From Opitutaceae bacterium (GTDB lineage Bacteria > Verrucomicrobiota > Verrucomicrobiia > Opitutales > Opitutaceae): DNA of 64,000 nucleotides. The translations under genes were made by a program, and so were the position numbers. Where the stretch lies: NCBI GenBank assembly GCA_016794625.1, contig JAEUGY010000004.1, positions 13,287-77,286 on the forward strand, written 5' to 3'. Below the pieces are notes generated by a model. It made no database searches and was not told where the DNA came from. It was given only the letters and a program-made list of their open reading frames with translations. Below, piece after piece: positions 56,964-64,000 of the stretch; position 1 is the first letter of the stretch; every line of letters begins with the position of its first letter.

Positions 56964-58108
56964 AATACGCCCATCTGGTCTGGGGAAATCTGAAGCGCAA
57001 GAAGCTGCGCACGCTCCTGACGCTGCTCTCCATCCTCGTCGCCTTCGTCCTGTTCGGACTGCTCTGTTCCATCCGCCAGGCCCTGGTCGGCGGAGTCGAA
57101 CTCGCCGGGGCCGACCGGCTCGTGGTGCGACACAAGGTCTCCATCATCCAGTTGCTGCCGGAGAGCTACCAGGCGCGCATGGAACGCATCCCCGGCGTGG
57201 ATCTGGTCGTGCACCAGACCTGGTTCGGCGGCGTGTATCAGGATCCCAAGAACTTCTTCATGCAGAACCCGGTGCAGCCGGAACCCTTCCTCGCCATGCA
57301 TCCGGAGATCGTGCTGCCGCCGGCCCAGCGCGACGCCTGGCTCAAGACCCGCACCGGGGCGATCGTCGGTCGGACCACCGCGGAGCGTTTTCAGTGGAAG
57401 GTCGGCGATCGCATTCCGATCCGCTCGCCCATCTGGGGACAGCGCACGTGGGAATTCGACCTCGTGGGCATCTACGAGGGTCGCGACAAGGGGACCGACA
57501 CCACGCCGATGTTTTTCCGCTACGACTATTTCGACGAGATGCGCGAGGAGGGTCGGGGCCGGGGTCTGGTCGGGTGGTACACGATCCGCGTCAAGGACCC
57601 CTCCCGGGCCGCGGAGATCGCCCGGCTCGTCGACCAGGAATTTGAAAACTCGCCGGCCGAAACCAAGACGGAGCCCGAGGGGGCGTTCGCCCAGGCCTGG
57701 GCGCGGCAGATTGGCAACATCACCCTCATTGTCGCCGGCATCCTCGGAGCGGTGTTTTTCACCATCCTCCTCGTGACCGGCAGCACCATGTCCCAGGCCG
57801 TGCGCGAACGCATCGGCGAACTCGGCGTGCTCAAGGCCATCGGTTTCACCCCCGCCCAAGTGCTGGGACTCGTGCTCGCCGAATCCTGCACCCTCGCCGG
57901 GCTCGGCGGTGGACTCGGACTCGCCCTCGCCTGGCTGCTCACCGTCAACGGCGACCCCACCGGCGGGCTGCTGCCCCTCTTCAATTTCCGCACCGCCGAC
58001 CTGCTGCTTGGCGTCGGGCTGTGCGTGGTTCTGGGCGTAGTGACCGGTCTGTTACCCGCACTGCAGGCGATGCGCCTGCGCGTGGCCGACGCCCTGCGGA
58101 GGTTGTGA
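56960..58108 (+). CDS. ABC transporter permease (FtsX/MacB-type)
   Basis: The layout is an N-terminal TM, a large periplasmic domain, then a C-terminal three-TM FtsX-like bundle (GVLKAIGFTPAQV). An ATGA overlaps the ATPase stop. Confidence 0.85.
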   Translation: MKYAHLVWGNLKRKKLRTLLTLLSILVAFVLFGLLCSIRQALVGGVELAGADRLVVRHKVSIIQLLPESYQARMERIPGVDLVVHQTWFGGVYQDPKNFFMQNPVQPEPFLAMHPEIVLPPAQRDAWLKTRTGAIVGRTTAERFQWKVGDRIPIRSPIWGQRTWEFDLVGIYEGRDKGTDTTPMFFRYDYFDEMREEGRGRGLVGWYTIRVKDPSRAAEIARLVDQEFENSPAETKTEPEGAFAQAWARQIGNITLIVAGILGAVFFTILLVTGSTMSQAVRERIGELGVLKAIGFTPAQVLGLVLAESCTLAGLGGGLGLALAWLLTVNGDPTGGLLPLFNFRTADLLLGVGLCVVLGVVTGLLPALQAMRLRVADALRRL

Positions 58109-58135
58109 GGAGAGACCCCGGCGACCCGCAAGACC

Positions 58136-59335
58136 ATGAACACCCTGATGAACTGGCTCTCGCAGATCGGATCCATCGTGAAATTCGGCCTGTTGAGCAT
58201 CCCGCAGCGACGCGGCGCAGTCGCCGCCACCGTCATCGGCATTGCCGGGGTGGTGGTGGTGCTGGTCGGCGTGCTTTCGATCGCCGCCGGATTCCGGCGG
58301 GCGATGACGGCGTCCGCCGCCCCGGACTCAGCCATTGTGCTGCGCAGCGGAGCCGACACCGAGATGGTGAGCGGATTCGGGCGCGATCAGGTGCGACTGA
58401 TCGCCGACGCCCCGGGAGTGGCCCGCGGGCCGAAAGGTCCGCTCTCCTCGGCGGAGCTGTTTGTGATCATCAATCTGCCGAAGCGCTCGACCGGCACCGA
58501 CGCCAATGTGCCCTTGCGCGGCGTGGAACCTGCGGCCACTGCGGTGCGCGACCAGCTTACCTTGGTCTCAGGTCGCATGTTCGAATGGGGGCGCACGGAG
58601 GTCATCGTCGGGGCGGGCGCCGCCCGCGAGTTCGCCGGGCTGGAGGTGGGCTCGCAGATCAAGGTGGGACGCGCTTCCTGGCCGGTGGTCGGCATTTTTA
58701 CTGCGAATGGCGGCGTGGCCGAGTCGGAGGTGTGGACCGATGCGGCCGTGTTGCAGGGCGCCTACAACCGGGGTCAGTCGTTCCAGTCCGTGTACACCCG
58801 ACTTACATCGGCTGAAGCCTTTCAAACGTTCAAGGACGCGCTCACGACGAACCCGCAGCTGAGTGTGAAGGTCCTGCGGCAATCGGACTACTATGCCGAG
58901 CAATCGGAGACGCTGACGCGACTCATCACGACCCTCGGGGTGCTCATCGCCAGCCTCATGGCGATCGGCGCCGTCTTTGGCGCTCTGAACACCATGTACA
59001 GTGCGGTCGCGACCCGGACGCGCGAGATCGCCACCCTGCGTGCGCTCGGTTTCGGCCGCGGGGCCATTGTCATCGCCCTGATGGTGGAGTCGCTCGTCAT
59101 CGCCCTCCTCGGCGGGGCCCTCGGCGGGGCGCTGGCCTACGCCGCTTTCAACAACTTCCAGGCTGCGACCATGAACTGGCAGAGTTTCAGCCAGGTGACT
59201 TTTGCCTTTGCGGTCACACCGCCGCTGCTCGTCCAGGGCATCGTGCTCGCCTCCCTCATCGGCCTGATCGGCGGCCTCCTGCCCGCGATCCGCGCCGCCC
59301 GCCAGCCCATCGCCTCCGCCCTGCGCGAACTCTGA
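58136..59335 (+). CDS. ABC transporter permease (FtsX/MacB-type), second copy
   Basis: It has the same topology as the preceding gene, with the FtsX motif ATLRALGFGRGAIV. Confidence 0.85.
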   Translation: MNTLMNWLSQIGSIVKFGLLSIPQRRGAVAATVIGIAGVVVVLVGVLSIAAGFRRAMTASAAPDSAIVLRSGADTEMVSGFGRDQVRLIADAPGVARGPKGPLSSAELFVIINLPKRSTGTDANVPLRGVEPAATAVRDQLTLVSGRMFEWGRTEVIVGAGAAREFAGLEVGSQIKVGRASWPVVGIFTANGGVAESEVWTDAAVLQGAYNRGQSFQSVYTRLTSAEAFQTFKDALTTNPQLSVKVLRQSDYYAEQSETLTRLITTLGVLIASLMAIGAVFGALNTMYSAVATRTREIATLRALGFGRGAIVIALMVESLVIALLGGALGGALAYAAFNNFQAATMNWQSFSQVTFAFAVTPPLLVQGIVLASLIGLIGGLLPAIRAARQPIASALREL

Positions 59336-59388
59336 GCGCAGTCGGCGCCGCGAGCGGCGCGTGTGCGTCGTAGGCTGGACGCGCAGCG

Positions 59389-59538
59389 CGGCCTCAGCGA
59401 GGCCACCTCCAACAGAGGCACAAACCTTCCGTTGGAGGTGGGGTCGTCGACCCCGCGGAGATCGGCATCGCTAGAACTGAACGGATGAAAAGAGGCGGGA
59501 CCGCGGGTCCCGTCGCAGCCTCAACGAGGCCGCCTACA
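59389..59538. repeat. REP-like modules between the ABC operon and the STAND gene
   Basis: GCGGCCTCAGCGAGGCCACCTCCAAC is at 59389-59413. Its partner GTTGGAGGTGGGGTCGTCGACCCC is at 59431-59454. GGGACCGCGGGTCCCGTCGCAGCCTCAACGAGGCCGCCTACA is at 59497-59538. Confidence 0.7.
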
Positions 59539-59580
59539 GCGACGAATTCCGAGAACGACGCCCGGCCAGGGGCACCGTCC

Positions 59581-62500
59581 TCAGTCGGCGCCGCCCAGCC
59601 TGGCCAGTTCCTGCTCGACGGCTTTGCGCAGCTCGCGCACGGAACGAAGCTTTTGGGGCTCGGCCGGCATGGAGGTGAGGTCCGCGAGCGCGGCGGTGAA
59701 GAGGCGGCGTTGTTCGACCGGGTTCGTCTCGATCAGACCTTGGCCGAAGACCACCAGGGAATAGTCGTAGCGAGAAAACGAATCGTTCGCCCCGCCCCTG
59801 CGCTGTGCGTCGATCGTCTCGTAGGCCTGGGCGATCAACACCTTCGCTTCGTCGAACACGCCGGCTCGTGCCAACGCCACGCCGGCCAGTGCGCGATCGT
59901 TGGCGAGATCGTAGAGCGCGTCCCGCGACTGGGCACCGGGCCTGGGCCGACCCCGCACGAGTTCACGCGCGGGAGCCACCGCTTCGCTCCAGCGCTGGAG
60001 AATAAGAAGACTGGATACCATGACCCGGTTGCAGTTGTCCAGCAACCAGTCCTGCCCCTGCGTCTCGGCACCGGATACCGGCTTCAGGTTATCCAGTCGG
60101 TTTCGGACCGAAACCGCTAGTTCCAGAGCCTCGGCTACGCGGCCGGCGCCGAGGAGGTATTGTGATTTCACGCCGTCATCCCAGGCAGGCAGCACGAGGC
60201 GGAAGTAGCTTTCCGGATCCACCTGCGCGCTGGCCAGGGCCCGCAGACGTCGGCCGGCGGCCAGAGCGGAGTCAATGTCGGTGTCACGACCTACCTCCAG
60301 CTCGGCCTCCAGATTGTCGACCTGGCTCACCTCGAAAGCCGTGCCGCGCAGCGTGCTGGGGGAACCGCCCTCTGAAATCGCGGACCTGACGTTTTCGCGC
60401 GACTGGGCGATGGCCTCCCGCAAGCGACCCTGGCTCGCCATCGCCCGCGCCGTCATGCCCAGAGCGACCCGGCGATTGTTCCGGGCCGCGTCGTTGGTCG
60501 GGTCAAACCGGAGGTACTCGACCCAGTCCGCAGCGGTTTCACGGGCACTCTTCTCCGCCGCGACGGCGTCGTGCCCATCCAGCGCAATCTGGCCGAGCCG
60601 GCTTTTGAGCAGCGCGCGCGAGCGCAGGGCGCCGAGATTGCCCGCCTCGGCCGTGACCGCCTCGTCCGCGATCAGGATGGCCTCGGCAAGCAGCTGCTTG
60701 GTTTCGGCATCACGACCGAGACTGCGCAGCGTCTCCGTCAGCCAGGCGACGTTTTCACCGTGCAATACCCGGGCCCGCTGCCGCGAGTCGTCGCTTTCCA
60801 TCAGTTCCCGAAAACAGAGGCGCCCACGCTCAAGGACCTCCAGCGCTTCGGAAAAACTGCGGTCGCGCATGAGCACGAAGCCGAGGTTCATCAACTGGCG
60901 CCCCAGCTCCATCTTGAAACTCAGTGGGGCACCGGGCCCCTTCGCGGGAGGATCGATCAAAGCAAGTCCACGCCTACCCAGTGCCACGGCAGAAATCGGT
61001 CGGTTCTGGCTGTAGGCGTTGCGACTCTGCTGGCGAATCACGGCGGCCAATCCGAGAATCACCTCCGGCGTCGTCGTTCCCGAAGCCGAGAGTTTTGTGA
61101 ACAGGGCCTCGGCCTCCTGCAGGGGCGCCTCCGCCTCCCGCGTTTTGCCCTGCAGCGACAACGCCGCGCCCAGCCGGCCGAGCGCGATCGCCCGGTAGCG
61201 ATCGCTCTGCTCATTTCGCAGCTCAGGGGGGAGGGCATCGAAGTAGGCGAGGGCCCGCCGAGCCAGGCCGCTGACAATCTCAATCCGACCGGTCGGTTCC
61301 AGCTGCGTGTAAAGATCGTCGAGGAGGAACGTGACCAGCTTCTCCGCCTCGCCCCGCGAAAGTTGCGCGCGGTCGCGCTCCATCGCGACCCGCTCCTCGG
61401 CCTGGCGGGCCCGGCGCAAATTGACATAGCCCCAGACCGCCGCCCCGATCGCGCCGACCGCCAGCACGGTGCACACGCCGGCCACCAGGCGCGCCCGCAC
61501 CGCCGCCGCCCGCGCCAGCGACTCCTGGGCGCGCGCGCCCGCGAGTTGGGCTTCGGTTTCCTCGCGGCGACGCGCCTCGGCCGCCCGGGCCTCGCGCTCC
61601 TGGCGGATGTCGCGGCTGGCCCGCACCACGCCGCAGAGCACGTCGTGCGTCAGCTCCACGCGGCGCAGGTCGAGGCGATCCTCAACGCGCAGCAGGCGGC
61701 GGTCGACCAACACGGCGAGGGCCTCCGCACTGGCGCCGGCCGCGGCAAAGGCCTTTTTCACCCGTTCCTCGGCGATGCTCTCGCGGTAACCGGAATCGGT
61801 CAGGAGCTCGTCTTCAATGAAGGTGCGCACGCCGTCCGGCTGATCGGCAAGGGCGCGACGGTAGAACTCCGTCAAAATTGTCTCGCGCGAACCCGCAAGC
61901 AGGTCGGCGGAAATCGTCGCATGCCCTTCGGCCTGGCGCACGGTGTTCAGCTCGCGGCAGATCAGGCTAAGGAGCGAAGGCTCCACCTCGGCACGTTCCA
62001 GCTCCGCGCCGCCGGCCACGAACCGGACGATCGCCGCGGCCACCTCCGGACTGACGAGCGCGCCGCCGGGACCGGTGACCGCGGTGAGCGCCTGGGGGCC
62101 CGTCATGCGGGCGAGGCGCATGCGGTTCTGCGTGACCGAGGGCATCTTCGCCTTCAGTCCCTCGAGGTGGGCGAGGTAGTCCTCGCGCAACGCGATGAGC
62201 AGGCGGTAGTCGGCGCGGGTGAAGTCAAACCGCTCAAGGTCGGCTTCGTCCTTTTCCAGTTTGGCCTCGAGGGCCCGCGGTGGACGGTTCTCGACCAGGT
62301 CGGCGAGGTCCTCGATGAACTGCGCCGCCCGCTGGCGGCCGAAGTCATCGCTCTGCGCGAGGGTGAAGATCTCCTCGAACTGGTCGAAGATCAGCAGCGG
62401 CACGAGCGTGCGGCCGTCCGCGTCCTTCAGCACGTCATCGCGGTGGTGCAGGAATTCCCAGAGTGTTTCCCCCGCGGTGGACACCCCCGCCTGCGTCCAG

Positions 62501-62853
62501 TGTCCCGCCGACCGGGTGGTGCGCAGGATGGCCTGCTTGATCTGCTCGGAGGGTGGGGCCGACTCGCGACTGTAGTCGATGCGCACGTACACCGGGCAGT
62601 AGCCATCGGGCCGCAGCCGGGGCACGAGCCCCGCGCGCAGGATCGAGGTTTTTCCCAGGCCGGACTGGCCGAACAGGATGGTCAGGAGTTTGCGCTGCAC
62701 GCGCCGGCCGAGCTCGGCCACCTCCTCGTCGCGACCGTGAAAGTACGCGCGGGTCTCCTCCGTGAACGACGCCAGGCCCAGCCAGGGGTTGGTCGGATCG
62801 ACGGAGGGTGAACGTTCGGCCTTCACGGGGGATGCGGGCGGGCGGTGGCTCAC
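59581..62853 (-). CDS. STAND-type P-loop NTPase (nSTAND1-like) with an internal hydrophobic helix and a C-terminal TPR-like array
   Basis: 1090-aa ORF with a GTG start. The N-terminus is NPWLGLASFTEETRAYFHGRDEEV. Walker A is GQSGLGKTS, Walker B is LLIFDQFEE, followed by LIALREDYL. An Arg/Glu-rich coiled coil follows, then LVAGVCTVLAVGAIGAAVWGY, then about 600 aa of helical repeats. Confidence 0.85.
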   Translation of the reverse strand: MSHRPPASPVKAERSPSVDPTNPWLGLASFTEETRAYFHGRDEEVAELGRRVQRKLLTILFGQSGLGKTSILRAGLVPRLRPDGYCPVYVRIDYSRESAPPSEQIKQAILRTTRSAGHWTQAGVSTAGETLWEFLHHRDDVLKDADGRTLVPLLIFDQFEEIFTLAQSDDFGRQRAAQFIEDLADLVENRPPRALEAKLEKDEADLERFDFTRADYRLLIALREDYLAHLEGLKAKMPSVTQNRMRLARMTGPQALTAVTGPGGALVSPEVAAAIVRFVAGGAELERAEVEPSLLSLICRELNTVRQAEGHATISADLLAGSRETILTEFYRRALADQPDGVRTFIEDELLTDSGYRESIAEERVKKAFAAAGASAEALAVLVDRRLLRVEDRLDLRRVELTHDVLCGVVRASRDIRQEREARAAEARRREETEAQLAGARAQESLARAAAVRARLVAGVCTVLAVGAIGAAVWGYVNLRRARQAEERVAMERDRAQLSRGEAEKLVTFLLDDLYTQLEPTGRIEIVSGLARRALAYFDALPPELRNEQSDRYRAIALGRLGAALSLQGKTREAEAPLQEAEALFTKLSASGTTTPEVILGLAAVIRQQSRNAYSQNRPISAVALGRRGLALIDPPAKGPGAPLSFKMELGRQLMNLGFVLMRDRSFSEALEVLERGRLCFRELMESDDSRQRARVLHGENVAWLTETLRSLGRDAETKQLLAEAILIADEAVTAEAGNLGALRSRALLKSRLGQIALDGHDAVAAEKSARETAADWVEYLRFDPTNDAARNNRRVALGMTARAMASQGRLREAIAQSRENVRSAISEGGSPSTLRGTAFEVSQVDNLEAELEVGRDTDIDSALAAGRRLRALASAQVDPESYFRLVLPAWDDGVKSQYLLGAGRVAEALELAVSVRNRLDNLKPVSGAETQGQDWLLDNCNRVMVSSLLILQRWSEAVAPARELVRGRPRPGAQSRDALYDLANDRALAGVALARAGVFDEAKVLIAQAYETIDAQRRGGANDSFSRYDYSLVVFGQGLIETNPVEQRRLFTAALADLTSMPAEPQKLRSVRELRKAVEQELARLGGAD

Positions 62854-62860
62854 GGTAGGG

Positions 62861-64000
62861 TCAGCGCGGACGGGCCGCGATCAGTTCCTTGATTCTCCGG
62901 GCAAAGTCGGGCGTGACCTCGCCGCCGGGCAGGCGGGTGAAGTGCACAGCCGTGAAACGCTCCGGCACCAGGGCGCCGGATTCCGGGGTGGAGTCGATGC
63001 AGACCGGCAGGATGAACACCGCGCCCTCGGCAAAGTTGCGGACCCGGTCGACGGCATAACTCCACTCGCGCCGGAAGTACGCCTCGAGCCGGCGCTGAGT
63101 CGTGGCCGAGATCACCGGCACAAAGTAGGCGCAGCGGGCGATGTTCTGGCGGATCTTGCGGTCATAGTCGTCGCCGCCTTCCAGCCGGTCCATGTCGAAC
63201 CACGTGGTGACCTCGGCGGCGTCGAGTCCTGCCTTCAGTTTCTGCACCGCCGCCAGGTCCTCGCGCGCGTAGCTGATGAACACCGCGTTTTCCGGCATCT
63301 CCCGCTCCGGCGGCAGAAAGCGCAACGGCTGGACCGCTGGCGCGGCCACCGGCGCGAGGGTGTCGCGTCCGCGGCGGCGCATCCATCGGGTATGCAGCTC
63401 CTCGACGAACTTCTCCGCGCCGGAATAGACCCGGGTGCGCACACTGACCTGCTGCAGAAAGGCCATCAGCCGCTGATCCTGCAGCGACTGGCTGTCGGCC
63501 ACGATTTCCCCGACATCGCGCGGGTCGGACAGCCGGCGGCGTTTCGCCATGCGCAGGAAGAGCCGGGCGAGCCAGTTCGAGAAATTGCTGCCGATGAGCA
63601 GGAGGTGGTTGTGCTCCAGCTCGTGGAACAGCTTCTCCGGCGTAAGGTGCTCGCTCTGGAGCGCGCACACGAACTCCAGCGTGTCCTCGTCGGAAATGAC
63701 ATAGGTGGGCGAGGCCGACAGCCGGCCCAGCAGGTGGTACACCACGGGCCGGACCTGTTGTTCCCGTTCGACGGTGAGATCGGCCACGCGATTCGGGGAA
63801 TAGGCGATGACCTCGGTCGAGGCGGCGCCGGCGAAACGCTCCGCATTGATCGCCTGCTCGAGCAGCGGATCGAATGTCGTGGTGATGAACAGGTCGAAAT
63901 CCGAGATCTGCGCCAGCTGTCGCAGCGCCCGCGGCACCGCAAAGGTCGTTTCCCGCAGGATCGTGCGGAGCCGGGTGTACGCTTCCTCGCGCCGGCCGCG
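62861..64000 (-). CDS. SIR2-like (SIR2_2-type) + TIR domain fusion protein, N-terminus beyond the window edge
   Basis: The frame stays open to nt 64000 (…RGRREEAYTRLRTILRETTFAVPRALRQ…). SIR2_2-like blocks are DFDLFITTTFDPLLEQAI, VVYHLLGRL and HLLLIGSNFSNW. The TIR-like C-terminus is AVFISYAREDLAAVQKLKAGL…YFVPVISATT…FRREWSYAV. Its stop lies 7 nt before the next gene's start. Confidence 0.82.
   Translation of the reverse strand, partial: RGRREEAYTRLRTILRETTFAVPRALRQLAQISDFDLFITTTFDPLLEQAINAERFAGAASTEVIAYSPNRVADLTVEREQQVRPVVYHLLGRLSASPTYVISDEDTLEFVCALQSEHLTPEKLFHELEHNHLLLIGSNFSNWLARLFLRMAKRRRLSDPRDVGEIVADSQSLQDQRLMAFLQQVSVRTRVYSGAEKFVEELHTRWMRRRGRDTLAPVAAPAVQPLRFLPPEREMPENAVFISYAREDLAAVQKLKAGLDAAEVTTWFDMDRLEGGDDYDRKIRQNIARCAYFVPVISATTQRRLEAYFRREWSYAVDRVRNFAEGAVFILPVCIDSTPESGALVPERFTAVHFTRLPGGEVTPDFARRIKELIAARPR

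Noticed and set aside
1-64000. Search by eye for tRNA, rRNA, riboswitch (for example preQ1 upstream of queD), integrase, transposase or prophage genes.
   Set aside because: No cloverleaf-like or rRNA-like segment stood out, and there were no recombinase motifs in any ORF. The queD leader is occupied by the heptamer array rather than a recognisable preQ1 aptamer. Small RNAs cannot be excluded without tRNAscan/Infernal.

Overview
Visibly GC-rich bacterial chromosomal window, roughly two-thirds G+C by eye. The gene content looks like the PVC superphylum, most plausibly Verrucomicrobiota (Opitutales-like). Supporting signs are a PVC-type CxxCH heme-binding dehydrogenase, many PAS and hybrid histidine kinases, a giant Ig-repeat surface protein, and dense GC-rich palindromic intergenic repeats.

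I can support about 45 protein-coding genes. I recognised no rRNA, tRNA, CRISPR array, transposase or integrase.

Housekeeping content:
- upp, hemN, queD, sufU, sufS and rlmM, plus a TrmH-family RNA methyltransferase.
- A compact phospholipid operon: CDP-alcohol phosphatidyltransferase, plsC, cdsA.
- A MacAB-like ABC efflux operon.

Accessory content:
1. At the right edge, a tightly coupled minus-strand gene pair. The first gene is a SIR2-like + TIR fusion, cut by the window end. Seven nt downstream is a 1090-aa P-loop STAND NTPase (nSTAND1-like N-terminus) with an internal hydrophobic helix and a long TPR array. I rate this the best candidate for an undescribed NAD-targeting defence/conflict system.
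2. A transglutaminase(DUF2126) / fused circularly-permuted ATP-grasp + alpha-E / transglutaminase operon. It is interrupted by a 520-bp spacer carrying an AT-rich 42-43-bp repeat.
3. An srs-like phenolic-lipid operon: methyltransferase, FAD oxidoreductase, type III PKS, and possibly a DUF2306 membrane protein.
4. A DUF3570-TlpA-DUF4266 operon running directly into a 1481-aa protein with 12 Ig repeats, built on near-identical 264-bp DNA repeats.
5. A chemoreceptor with a C-terminal hemerythrin domain.
6. A heptanucleotide microsatellite pair flanking the hemN-queD spacer.
7. At least two families of REP/MITE-like intergenic repeats, including a 196-bp tandem duplication.

Many long ORFs antisense to real genes are GC-driven shadows and were rejected. 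All family assignments come from motif recognition by eye. None has been verified by a search.
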